Source: Armatimonadota bacterium
GTDB lineage: Bacteria; Armatimonadota; Hebobacteria; CAIYQO01
DNA length: 30,437 bases
Assembly: GCA_038248345.1 (NCBI GenBank)
Contig: JBBRXO010000020.1
Span: forward strand, 1-30,437
Direction of reading: 5' to 3'
The notes beneath the pieces were generated by a model. That model had not been told where the DNA came from, searched no databases, and worked only from the letters and a program-made list of their open reading frames with translations. Shown here in pieces: positions 1-8,731 of this stretch (its first letter is position 1; each line of letters begins with the position of its first letter). The position numbers and the translations under genes were made by a program.

Positions 1-1
1 G

Positions 2-280
2 GTACGTGCTCTCGCTCCGGCGCCAGCAGCATATACTGTTTTTCGTGGCATAATGGTTAAGATTTTATCCGCTGCGGTAGTGGATGAAACAAATGTAACA
101 GCAAAAGCAGGTGAACCTGGCCTTGTTATCGAAGTTAATAACAAGGATGGAGTAAGTGTAGCCGCGGGCGAGGGAATTGTATATCTTAAAATGGTGCACC
201 CAGCAGGAAAACGCCCGATGTCAGGCGCAGATTTTGCTCGTGGGTACCATCTGTCAATCGGAGAAAAATTTACGAATTAA
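2..280 (+). CDS. fmt: Methionyl-tRNA formyltransferase, C-terminal part (truncated by window edge)
   Basis: Frame 2 is open from base 2: VRALAPAPAAYTVFRG..VKILSA..GEPGLV..VAAGEG..L..VHPAGKRPMSGADFARG, the typical Fmt C-terminal domain. Stop TAA at 278-280. Confidence 0.9.
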   Translation, partial: VRALAPAPAAYTVFRGIMVKILSAAVVDETNVTAKAGEPGLVIEVNNKDGVSVAAGEGIVYLKMVHPAGKRPMSGADFARGYHLSIGEKFTN

Positions 281-310
281 TCGTTACGGCAGCATGTGGA
301 GGTTAGCATT

Positions 311-685
311 TTGCCCGACACGCAAATAATCGCCGAAAACTATTATCAACTTGGCCGAAAGCATCGTATCGATGGCGAATATGATGAAGCTATCGGCCGG
401 TTGCTTCTCGCCATCGATGAAGATCCTAACATGGAACTGGCCCATATGGAGCTAGGTCTTGCTTATTGCTTCATCGGTGACTTTGATGCATCAATTCGCG
501 AGTTGGAGCTGGCCGCGGGCCTGGCACCGTATAATGCCGATATTTCCTTAAACCTGGCTAAAACATATACCATGTTGGGTATGTTCCCCGAAGGGAAAGA
601 AGCTTTCACTTGCGTGCTGAATATCTGTAAACCCGGTGATATCAACTACGAAGAAGCAGTCAAGCAACTATGCTACTTCACCTGA
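311..685 (+). CDS. Small tetratricopeptide-repeat protein (about 3 TPRs)
   Basis: TPR-like helices: YYQLG..GEYDEAI..AI..DP; AHMELGLAY..GDFDASI..L..A..LAP; LNLAKTY..G..EG. GGAGG at 298-302 favours TTG 311 over GTG 296 as the start. Confidence 0.8.
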   Translation: MPDTQIIAENYYQLGRKHRIDGEYDEAIGRLLLAIDEDPNMELAHMELGLAYCFIGDFDASIRELELAAGLAPYNADISLNLAKTYTMLGMFPEGKEAFTCVLNICKPGDINYEEAVKQLCYFT

Positions 686-742
686 AGATACCTATCTACC
701 AAATTATGCGCTTATTATTATGCTCAACAGGCAAAGATACGA

Positions 743-771
743 TTGTAAATGCCGCTGCAAATTGTTATGCT
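743..771 (+). promoter_or_regulatory. Putative sigma70 promoter of the corrinoid protein gene
   Basis: TTGTAA (743-748), 17-bp spacer, TATGCT (766-771), preceded by TG (extended -10). Confidence 0.5.
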
Positions 772-835
772 GATAGTAATGATAGGCATATTCAATCAGC
801 CTGTTAATTTACTAGCAAATGAAGGAGTTTTTAAG

Positions 836-1480
836 ATGTCCGTTAACCTTGATGATCTCGCACAAAACATTATCAATGGCAAGCACAAAATTGCCGTTGA
901 GATCATGAACCAGGCAATTGCAGAGAATATTGCCCCGCAAACCATTATCAATGATGGTTTGATCGCTGGCATGGCTGTAGTTGGCAAGAAATTCAAAGCC
1001 AATGAATTCTATGTTCCTGAAGTACTCATCGCCGCCCGTGCCATGCACAAATGTATGGACATCCTGAAACCGCTCCTGATCGCATCAGGTGCACAGCCGG
1101 TAGGTACCGTTGTTATCGGCACCGTTAAGGGCGACCTGCATGACATCGGTAAAAACCTGGTCGGTATGATGTTACAAGGCAATGGCTTTGATGTCATTGA
1201 CTTGGGTGTAGACGTATCACCAGAGAAATTCATAGCTGCTGCCAAAGAAGGCAATGCCAATATTATCGCTTTGTCCGCTCTCCTCACCACCACCATGCCG
1301 GGCATGAAATCTACCATTGACGCGCTGGTAGAATCCGGCGATCGCGCGAACTTCAAAGTGATGATCGGCGGAGCGCCCGTCACCCAGAAGTACTCAGATG
1401 AAGTCGGCGCTGATGGTTATTCCGCTGATGCCGCCTCCGCTGTTGATCTGGCTAAAACACTCATGGGTATTGCAGCCTAG
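836..1480 (+). CDS. Cobalamin-binding corrinoid protein (MtbC/MttC-like; B12 cap plus B12-binding domain)
   Basis: Cap domain GLIAGM..VG..F...EFYVPEVL.AARAM; B12-binding GTVKGDLHDIGKNLV (DxHxxG), LSALLTTTM and MIGGAPV. An AAGGAG RBS places the start at ATG 836, not 749. Confidence 0.93.
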   Translation: MSVNLDDLAQNIINGKHKIAVEIMNQAIAENIAPQTIINDGLIAGMAVVGKKFKANEFYVPEVLIAARAMHKCMDILKPLLIASGAQPVGTVVIGTVKGDLHDIGKNLVGMMLQGNGFDVIDLGVDVSPEKFIAAAKEGNANIIALSALLTTTMPGMKSTIDALVESGDRANFKVMIGGAPVTQKYSDEVGADGYSADAASAVDLAKTLMGIAA

Positions 1481-1505
1481 GCTTCGTTACCATATGTGTA
1501 ATATA

Positions 1506-1550
1506 AACTCCTGGGACAGAGTCTTACCCTGTCCCAGGAGTTCATTTTTT
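1506..1550 (+). terminator. Rho-independent terminator after the corrinoid gene
   Basis: 14-bp perfect stem AACTCCTGGGACAG / CTGTCCCAGGAGTT with a 9-nt loop, followed by CATTTTTT. Confidence 0.85.
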
Positions 1551-1578
1551 GGTATAATTTCAGCATTGGAGTACCTGC

Positions 1579-3021
1579 ATGAAACCTATTAAATTCGGCA
1601 CCGACGGTTGGCGTGGCGTGATCGCGGATGATTTTACCTTTGAGCGCGCTGGTGTTGTCTGCCAGGCTATCGGCGAATATCTATACGAGGAAGGCATGGC
1701 AGAGAAGGGCGTGGCCATCGGCTACGACAACCGCTTCGGCGCGGAGGAGTTCGCCCTGCTCGCGGCCACCATGCTCACCCGGCAAGGCATCCGCGTGCGT
1801 CTCAGCGCCAGCAACTGCCCCACCCCGGTGATCTCTTACATCACCAAGTACGACGGCATGGGCGGCGGGGTCATGATCACCGCCAGTCATAACCCCTCGG
1901 CTTACAACGGTATCAAGTTCAAGCCCTGGTATGGCGGCTCCGCTCCCCCGTCGGCCACCGCGCGCTTTGAAGCGCGTGCAAATGAGCTGCTCGGTAACTT
2001 CGATGTCGATGCCGTGCGCGCCCTGGGGCCTGATGAAGCGCTCCTCACCCGTGAGGATTTCGTCCCCGCCTTCATCAAGCACGTCCTCACCTTTGTCAAC
2101 ACCGAGGCGATACGCGCCGCTTCCCCGCGCATCCTCATTGACCCGCTCTATGGCTCCTCCATTGGCGTGCTGGATCGTGCCCTGCGCGAGATCGGCTGCA
2201 CCGTGCAGATGATGCACAACGAGCGTAACCCCGGCTTCGGCGGCCTCCACCCGGAGCCGATAGCGCTCAACCTCGGGCCCTTCTTACAGGCAATTCAAAG
2301 CATGGATGTCGATGGTGGCGTCGCCTCGGATGGCGATGGCGACCGGCTGGCCGCCGCTACCGAAGACGGCGTCTACCTCTCCCCCCATCACGTATTCGCG
2401 CTTTTGTTAATGCACCTAGCGGAAGACTTGGGGCTGCGTGGCGGAGTAGTAAAAACCGTCTCTACTACCACCATGATTGACCAGTTGGCAACCCGCTATT
2501 CCCTTCCGCTCTTTGAGACCCCTATCGGCTTCAAATACATCGGGCAACTGATGATGGAACAGGACATCATGATCGGTGGTGAAGAAAGCGGCGGCATCGG
2601 TTTCCGTGGCCACATTCCCGAGCGTGATGCCACCCTCATCGCATTGTACCTGGTCGAAATGATGGTCATGCGCCGCACCACCTTCGCAGGTCTGCTGGCC
2701 CAGTTATTGGAAGTCGTCGGGGAACATGCCTATCACCGCATCGACGTCCTATTGACCAAACCAGTGACTAGTGAACAGTTCGCCACCCTGCGTGCAGGCT
2801 TACCGGCAGTAATAGCCCATAAGGCCATCAGCGAAGTATCGGAGAAAGATGGCCTCAAGCTCATCTTCACCGATGGAAGTTGGCTCCTCCTCCGCGCCAG
2901 CGGCACCGAGCCCCTCCTCCGCGTCTACAGCGAAGCCGCCGACTTAAACACCGTCACCGCCCTCCTCGACGCCGGCCTGGAATTAGCCGCCACCGTAGGC
3001 ATAGAACGGCTAAATCACTAA
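1579..3021 (+). CDS. Phosphoglucomutase/phosphomannomutase (alpha-D-phosphohexomutase family)
   Basis: KFGTDGWRG; active-site ITASHNP; metal-binding DGDGDR; sugar-binding GGEESGG; C-terminal RASGTEP. RBS GGAG, and TGGTATAAT at 1550-1558. Confidence 0.95.
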   Translation: MKPIKFGTDGWRGVIADDFTFERAGVVCQAIGEYLYEEGMAEKGVAIGYDNRFGAEEFALLAATMLTRQGIRVRLSASNCPTPVISYITKYDGMGGGVMITASHNPSAYNGIKFKPWYGGSAPPSATARFEARANELLGNFDVDAVRALGPDEALLTREDFVPAFIKHVLTFVNTEAIRAASPRILIDPLYGSSIGVLDRALREIGCTVQMMHNERNPGFGGLHPEPIALNLGPFLQAIQSMDVDGGVASDGDGDRLAAATEDGVYLSPHHVFALLLMHLAEDLGLRGGVVKTVSTTTMIDQLATRYSLPLFETPIGFKYIGQLMMEQDIMIGGEESGGIGFRGHIPERDATLIALYLVEMMVMRRTTFAGLLAQLLEVVGEHAYHRIDVLLTKPVTSEQFATLRAGLPAVIAHKAISEVSEKDGLKLIFTDGSWLLLRASGTEPLLRVYSEAADLNTVTALLDAGLELAATVGIERLNH

Positions 3022-3026
3022 TACCA

Positions 3027-3055
3027 CCAGGGGGCGCAATCATTGCGCCCCCTGG
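3027..3055. repeat. Inverted repeat with perfect 14-bp arms (REP-like hairpin) after the PGM/PMM stop
   Basis: CCAGGGGGCGCAAT-C-ATTGCGCCCCCTGG; no U-tract on either side. Confidence 0.75.
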
Positions 3056-3122
3056 GAACGCAGGCGTCCCGTTTGCCCTCGTCGTCTCCATATAAGTCCC
3101 ATCTTTGTTAAACCAACATCCA

Positions 3123-3178
3123 CCGCCCCTACTGTCAATTTTTACTCATTTTTCAAGAGTAGACTTAAAGTAGGGCGG
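3123..3178. repeat. Long imperfect hairpin with REP-like outer arms
   Basis: Outer arms CCGCCCCTAC (3123-3132) / GTAGGGCGG (3170-3178); inner arms TTTACTC / GAGTAGA. Confidence 0.45.
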
Positions 3179-3318
3179 GACTAGACCAATACTAGGGCAA
3201 GGCCAGCCCCAAATTATCCCCATAACGCCGAAAACCCGTCACTTATAGTTAGTAAAATGGCATACCAATAATAACAGTCTGGACTCCAATTCTTCAATAT
3301 CCCCCATTCGCCCCGCCC

Positions 3319-3348
3319 TTGACGATTTTACCCAATATATATTATACT
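3319..3348 (+). promoter_or_regulatory. Putative sigma70 promoter of the ABC transporter gene
   Basis: TTGACG (3319-3324), 18-bp spacer, TATACT (3343-3348). Confidence 0.55.
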
Positions 3349-3395
3349 TGTTATGCGAAATAGTTTGGCTGGCAAGCTTTAACAGGGGTTAAACG

Positions 3396-5255
3396 ATGGG
3401 TATGCGTGGCGGTGGTGGCGGACGTTTCCGACATATGAGTGGGGAAAAGAATAAACCCAAAGCCCCTCTGCAATCCTTTAAGCGCGTCCTCCCCTGGATA
3501 CTCCCTTACTGGCCAATCATGCTCATGGGTTTCATCTGCATGATGCTCACTACCTACCTGGGGCAACAGCCGCCGCGCGTTATCCAGTATGCCACCGACT
3601 ATGTGCTGGGGCAGAAACACCCGGAAGAGATCACCCGGGTTATCCTTATCTTCGCCGGGATATACATCACCAGCAGTCTTCTCGGCTTCCTGCGCACCTA
3701 CTGGTTACACGTTGCCGGGCAGCGCATGCTCCACTCCCTCCGCACAAATCTCTATTCCCACTTCCAGAAGATGTCCCTTACCTATTACGACAACAAGCAG
3801 ACCGGTGACCTGATGTCACGCATGACCGGCGACGTCGGCGAGATCGAGTCCCTCATGGTGCACGGGTTAGACGTGTTGATTATGGGTCTCCTCGGCATGA
3901 TGCTGGCCTTCTATTACATGTACAATTACCAGCCCACTCTCGCGCTGCTCGTTCTCATCCCCGTACCAATTATCGCCGTTTCCATCTACTTCTTCAGTCA
4001 AAAAGTACGCACAATTTATCGCTCCATTCGTGACCGCGTGGGCGACCTCAATACCAAACTGCAGGAGAATATCTCCGGTATTCGCGTCATAAAAGCTTTC
4101 AGCCGGGAACAAACCGAGAATGAATTGGTCAGCACCGAGAGCGCACATGTCCGCGACATGAATATCAAAGGCATCCGTATGTGGTCCAGCTTCGGGCCGT
4201 TGATGGGCCTTATCAGCAATATCGGCAACCTCACTGTCATCGGCGTTGGCTCCTACATGGTCATCAACGGGCAACTGATGATCGGCCAGCTCTTCGCCTT
4301 TCTTCTTTTCGTCAGTAACTTCTACTCTCCGGTGGGCAGCCTTTTTCAATTCTTCGATAGCATCCAACGCTCGCTGGCGGCAGGTGAGCGCATTCTGGAA
4401 GTTCTCGATACGCCACCGGATATCGAAGACGCTCCCGACGCCCTCCCCGTCCCCTCTGTGAAAGGGAAGGTGGAATTCTGGCACGTCTATTTCAAATACG
4501 CCACCGGTGAGGAAGTGTTACACGATGTAACCGTGACCGCCCGCCCCGGCGAGCGTATCGCATTGGTGGGCCGTAGTGGTGCCGGGAAGAGCAGCTTCAT
4601 TAATCTCATCCCGCGCTTCTACGATACGCTGGAGGGCACTGTCCTCATCGACGGCCACGATGTGCGTACCTTACGCCAGACCGAGCTACGCAAGCATATC
4701 GCATTGGTATTGCAGGAAACCTTCCTATTCAATGGCTCTGTCGCGGATAACCTGCGTTACGGCCGCCTGGACGCCACCGATGAGGAGATCATGGAAGCCG
4801 CCATTGCTGGCAATGCCCATGAGTTTATTATTCAACTGCCCGATGGCTATAAGACCGAGATCGGTGAGCGCGGCGTGAAACTATCTGGTGGGCAGCGTCA
4901 ACGCATCGCTATCGCGCGGGCGGTGTTGGCCAACCCACGTATCCTCATCCTCGATGAGGCCACCTCTTCAGTCGATTCTGAGTCCGAATACCTTATTCAC
5001 CAGGCATTGGATCGGCTGATGGAAGGGCGCACCACCTTCATCATCGCCCACCGGTTAAGTACCATCCGTGACGCTGATACAATTCTAGTATTAGAGGATG
5101 GCAGTATCATCGAACGTGGCAAGCATGACGAGTTGGTGAATGCCGAAGGTCGTTATGCCATGATGTATCGCCAGCAATTCTGGCTCGATGATGCGTGTGA
5201 GACGGCCATAGCGGTCGATGAATCTATCGACGATAGCGCTATTCCCGCCTTGTAG
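3396..5255 (+). CDS. ABC exporter, fused permease and ATP-binding subunit (MsbA/MdlB-like)
   Basis: N-terminal TM domain with TGDLMSR and ENISGIRVIKAF; Walker A GRSGAGKS; signature LSGGQRQR; Walker B ILILDEATSSVD; IAHRLST. Confidence 0.95.
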   Translation: MGMRGGGGGRFRHMSGEKNKPKAPLQSFKRVLPWILPYWPIMLMGFICMMLTTYLGQQPPRVIQYATDYVLGQKHPEEITRVILIFAGIYITSSLLGFLRTYWLHVAGQRMLHSLRTNLYSHFQKMSLTYYDNKQTGDLMSRMTGDVGEIESLMVHGLDVLIMGLLGMMLAFYYMYNYQPTLALLVLIPVPIIAVSIYFFSQKVRTIYRSIRDRVGDLNTKLQENISGIRVIKAFSREQTENELVSTESAHVRDMNIKGIRMWSSFGPLMGLISNIGNLTVIGVGSYMVINGQLMIGQLFAFLLFVSNFYSPVGSLFQFFDSIQRSLAAGERILEVLDTPPDIEDAPDALPVPSVKGKVEFWHVYFKYATGEEVLHDVTVTARPGERIALVGRSGAGKSSFINLIPRFYDTLEGTVLIDGHDVRTLRQTELRKHIALVLQETFLFNGSVADNLRYGRLDATDEEIMEAAIAGNAHEFIIQLPDGYKTEIGERGVKLSGGQRQRIAIARAVLANPRILILDEATSSVDSESEYLIHQALDRLMEGRTTFIIAHRLSTIRDADTILVLEDGSIIERGKHDELVNAEGRYAMMYRQQFWLDDACETAIAVDESIDDSAIPAL

Positions 5256-5264
5256 ACTTTTACG

Positions 5265-6434
5265 CTATCCGATTATCTCATCCCACGTCCGTGCGGCAAT
5301 AACCTGTTGGTATACATCCAGTAATCGCTCGGTACAGCGACGTGCTGATATCTGTTCCGCCCGTTTCCGCGCCGCCATCCCCATTTGTTTTCTTTTTTTC
5401 GGGTCAGCGATGAGGGCACAGACGGCATCGGCGAAGGGAGCCTCGGCATCATGCACCAGCACCCCATTCACTCCGTGGGTGATTATATCCCGTTGTGCGT
5501 CGGCATCCACCGTCACCACTGGCAGGTTGCACGCCATCGCCTCACCAATCACCAGCCCCTGCGTTTCTGTGGTTGAGGTAAAGACGAAGATATCCGCCGC
5601 GCGCATCCCTCGAATAACATCTTCCCAGGGGATAACTCCTGTAATATGAAATCTATCTGCGATATCGATCTTCTCTGCCAGCTCCAGCAGTGAATCCTCT
5701 TCTGGCCCCCCGCCTATCAACAGTAGATGGGTCTCCGGTATTCGCTTCAGTATTAATTTGAATGCCTTCAGCAATCGCGGCAAATTCTTCTCCTGCGCCA
5801 CTCTTCCAGCGCAGACTAATAATGTAGCATCATCCGGTATGCCGTACCGCACACGGACGTGGTCGCCTTCCACAGTGTCGATTATATCAATATCAATCCC
5901 AGTGGGGATGACAGTTATTGGCTTCTCTACGTTGTAGCGCCGTAGCCGTTCCGCCACCGCCGCGCTGGGGGTGATGATGTGATCTGCCTTGTTCGAGTAT
6001 TCGCGGCTGATGGTGACAGCGCGCCTTCTCACCCATTCCTGCGGCAAAGGTATGTAGTGGGTGTATTCCTCGATGATGGTGTGATAGGTAAAAACCAGCG
6101 GGATGTTCAACCGCTTGTGATATGACACCGCCACATGCCCCATCAGCATGGGTGAATTGGAGTGAATAAGGTCAAAAGGTTGTTCCAGCAGCATCCGCCG
6201 CGCTTCTCCGGTGGCAATGGGTATCGCCAATGGGTAAATCATGCGAAAGGGGAAAGTGATGGAGGGGAAACGGAACACTCCGCTTTCATCCTCCTGTTGT
6301 TCAGGATGTTGGGCGGTGAAAATCGTCACCTGATGACCCATTTCGTGCAACACACGAGCGAAGGTACTTACCGAAATAACTACCCCATTGTGCATCGGGT
6401 GATAAGATTCTGTGAATACGGCAATTGATAGCAT
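5265..6434 (-). CDS. Glycosyltransferase family 4 (resembles diacylglycerol glucosyltransferase / UGDG-like)
   Basis: IAVFTESYHP..NGV..SV; PLVFTYHT..EEYTHY; GRVAQEKN; FTSTTETQGLVIGEAMA. The start is placed at ATG 6434 because homology begins there. Confidence 0.9.
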   Translation of the reverse strand: MLSIAVFTESYHPMHNGVVISVSTFARVLHEMGHQVTIFTAQHPEQQEDESGVFRFPSITFPFRMIYPLAIPIATGEARRMLLEQPFDLIHSNSPMLMGHVAVSYHKRLNIPLVFTYHTIIEEYTHYIPLPQEWVRRRAVTISREYSNKADHIITPSAAVAERLRRYNVEKPITVIPTGIDIDIIDTVEGDHVRVRYGIPDDATLLVCAGRVAQEKNLPRLLKAFKLILKRIPETHLLLIGGGPEEDSLLELAEKIDIADRFHITGVIPWEDVIRGMRAADIFVFTSTTETQGLVIGEAMACNLPVVTVDADAQRDIITHGVNGVLVHDAEAPFADAVCALIADPKKRKQMGMAARKRAEQISARRCTERLLDVYQQVIAARTWDEIIG

Positions 6435-6550
6435 GTGTGTATATGATTCCAAATATATACTGCAGGAATTAGCTAGCTTGCAGCAGAATATACAAATTAT
6501 AGCATACATAGAATGCAACATGTAGTTAGAATGGTGAGGAAGACAACAAA

Positions 6551-6784
6551 GTGACTGATAAGATGATTAGTTTTGAAGCTGCGCTGGCACGGTTAGAAGA
6601 AATTGCTGCCCTGCTGGATCGTAATGAGGCACCATTGAAAGATGCCTTAGAGTTATGTGCCGAAGCAGCGGGCCTTGCCCGGCTATGCCGAGAACAACTG
6701 GCAGCGGCAGAGGGTAAACTCGAATTGCTGCGGGAGAATTCCGCAGGCGAGCTTTCTGTAGAACCGTTAGAGGGTACACTCTAA
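6551..6784 (+). CDS. xseB: Exodeoxyribonuclease VII small subunit
   Basis: SFEAALARLEEI...L......L..AL.....A..L...C...L..AE.K pattern; 77 aa; GAGGA RBS. Confidence 0.88.
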   Translation: MTDKMISFEAALARLEEIAALLDRNEAPLKDALELCAEAAGLARLCREQLAAAEGKLELLRENSAGELSVEPLEGTL

Positions 6785-6789
6785 AAGCA

Positions 6790-7887
6790 ATGCAAAATTA
6801 CTACGAATTGCTGAATATTAAAGTAGGTGCCGGCACAACGGAGGCGACAATCGCGTTCCGCCGTATTGTCGCGCGGTATCGTGCAACTACTACAACGGAT
6901 CAGATTATTGCCGACCAGCGATTTCGGCTCTACATCAACGCCTACCTTACTCTTTCTGATAGCAGGCATAACACCCTCTACCTTGAGATGTGGAAAAATC
7001 CCAAACGCGCTACCTTACCAGACGTTATCCCACTGGAAAGTATGCAGCCGGAAGAACGTCGCTTGATCATGGCGCAAATAGCTTTCTGGCGTAATGAACA
7101 GATTGAAGCATTACACATTTTGCGCGACTTGCTGGAGCGAAATCCTAAACATGCCAGTGCGCATGCCTTGATGGGTGAGATTTACTTCCAGGTTGACAGA
7201 ATTGATGATGGAGTTCGGGCTTATCAATATGCTGTGCTGGAGGATCCGCAGAACGCCACGTATGCTGAACGGTTGCACCATGCCCAACAGGCGCAAGCTG
7301 GCGTCGCTCCGCTGTATGTAGAGCCTTCTATAGAGGAACAACTGCTGGCAGAAGAACGTCGTCAGCGTCGCTGGAAGATGGTAGGTATCTGCAGCGTCGG
7401 ATTATTATTCATCATCTATGTTTTCGTGACGAGAAAAGAATTGTATATCGAGTCTTTTCACGTTCCCTGGAAATCAATATTTTTGCTAACCCCCGCACTC
7501 TTCTTACTGATGTATGGATTGGCATATGGACGTATGTTGGATACATTTGAGCAAGTGATGGTGTTTAGCGGAATGAGCGTGGGCGCACGAGGCTCAGTAC
7601 GTAATTACCCTTATGGCCTGCTGCTTTTTGTCACTTGCACTGTCAGTTTATGGCTGGGGGTTTGCTACCTTATTGCCGTGGCACTGTGTGAAGAAGAATG
7701 GCCGGTATCTACTTCTATCATGATCGGAATATGTGTGGTAATAACTCTTACTCTAGCTGCCATGGTGAATATCACTTCTCCTTATAACTGGGTTGGGACA
7801 TTTGTCATCGGTGGGAATTTGCTGGCTATTGCCGGGTTAATCGGATGGTGGGCCGGAAGCATGACTGTCGATGATAGTTATTCCTGA
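6790..7887 (+). CDS. J-domain-like / TPR / multi-pass membrane protein
   Basis: The N-terminus NYYELLNI......E...AFRRIVARY...F..INAY.TLSD is a J-domain pattern without HPD. Central TPRs (AHALMGEIYF....DDG..AY..A...DP.N). About 5-6 hydrophobic segments in the C-terminal half. Confidence 0.7.
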   Translation: MQNYYELLNIKVGAGTTEATIAFRRIVARYRATTTTDQIIADQRFRLYINAYLTLSDSRHNTLYLEMWKNPKRATLPDVIPLESMQPEERRLIMAQIAFWRNEQIEALHILRDLLERNPKHASAHALMGEIYFQVDRIDDGVRAYQYAVLEDPQNATYAERLHHAQQAQAGVAPLYVEPSIEEQLLAEERRQRRWKMVGICSVGLLFIIYVFVTRKELYIESFHVPWKSIFLLTPALFLLMYGLAYGRMLDTFEQVMVFSGMSVGARGSVRNYPYGLLLFVTCTVSLWLGVCYLIAVALCEEEWPVSTSIMIGICVVITLTLAAMVNITSPYNWVGTFVIGGNLLAIAGLIGWWAGSMTVDDSYS

Positions 7888-7933
7888 CATCACACTCGTA
7901 ATCAGCTATAATGATCCCATACAAGGAGAAAAT

Positions 7934-8731
7934 GTGAGCCGTATTGCTGAAAGATTTGCAAAGTGTAAAGATAAGAATGAAGGCACGCTGGTTGCTTACC
8001 TGATGGCAGGTGACCCGGATATAGACCAATGCCTGACCGCAATGCGTGCTGTGGCAGCAGGCGGAGCAGATATCATTGAACTGGGTGTCCCCTTCTCTGA
8101 TCCCATGGCGGACGGAAAGATCATCCAACTCGCGGCAATTCGTGCCCTGGCTGCTGGTACTTATATGCCGCAGATATTTTCGCTGGTACGCAAATTTCGC
8201 GAGGAGTATTCCACCCCTCTGCTTTTAATGACCTACTGGAATCCGATCCTGCAATTTGGAATCGAACGAACTTGTAGTGAAGCAGTAGCTGCTGGCGTTG
8301 ATGGGCTGTTAATCTCTGATCTGCCACCCGAGGAAGCGACTGAATGGTTGGCCGCGGCCAATGTGCATGGAATTGATACTATCTTCCTGTTGGCCCCGAC
8401 TAGCCCGGAGAAACGCATTAAGTTGGTGGCTAAAGTTGGTAACGGGTTCACTTACTGCGTCGCACGCTTGGGAGTTACTGGAGAGCAGGCGGAGTTACCG
8501 GCAGATCTATTTTCCTTAATCGCTCGGATCAAAGAATTCACTGCTGCACCTGTAGCAGTAGGTTTTGGCGTATCAACTCCTGACCAGGTTCATCAGATCT
8601 GCCAGCACGCCGATGGTGCAATCGTCGGTAGCGCATTGGTAAAAATTATCGCCGAACATGGTGGCAAAGCTACCATGTCAGGTGCGGTAACACACTTTAT
8701 AACGTCTCTTAAAACCGGAACGCGTAAATGA
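7934..8731 (+). CDS. trpA: Tryptophan synthase alpha chain
   Basis: YLMAGDP; IELGVPFSDPMADG..IQ; LMTYWNP; DLPPEE; FLLAPTS; GVTG; VGFGVS; ADGAIVGSA. AAGGAG RBS before GTG 7934. Confidence 0.96.
   Translation: MSRIAERFAKCKDKNEGTLVAYLMAGDPDIDQCLTAMRAVAAGGADIIELGVPFSDPMADGKIIQLAAIRALAAGTYMPQIFSLVRKFREEYSTPLLLMTYWNPILQFGIERTCSEAVAAGVDGLLISDLPPEEATEWLAAANVHGIDTIFLLAPTSPEKRIKLVAKVGNGFTYCVARLGVTGEQAELPADLFSLIARIKEFTAAPVAVGFGVSTPDQVHQICQHADGAIVGSALVKIIAEHGGKATMSGAVTHFITSLKTGTRK

Noticed and set aside
705..728. Second dif-like sequence TATGCGCTTAT-TA-TTATGCTCAAC
   Set aside because: The spacer is 2 bp rather than the required 6 bp.
686..835. Cobalamin or SAM riboswitch before the corrinoid gene
   Set aside because: There is no B12 box or S-box core, and the predicted leader is too short.
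1478..1501. Pyrrolysine read-through of the corrinoid gene TAG
   Set aside because: The domain is already complete, a TAA follows within 7 codons and then a terminator, and there are no pyl genes in the window.
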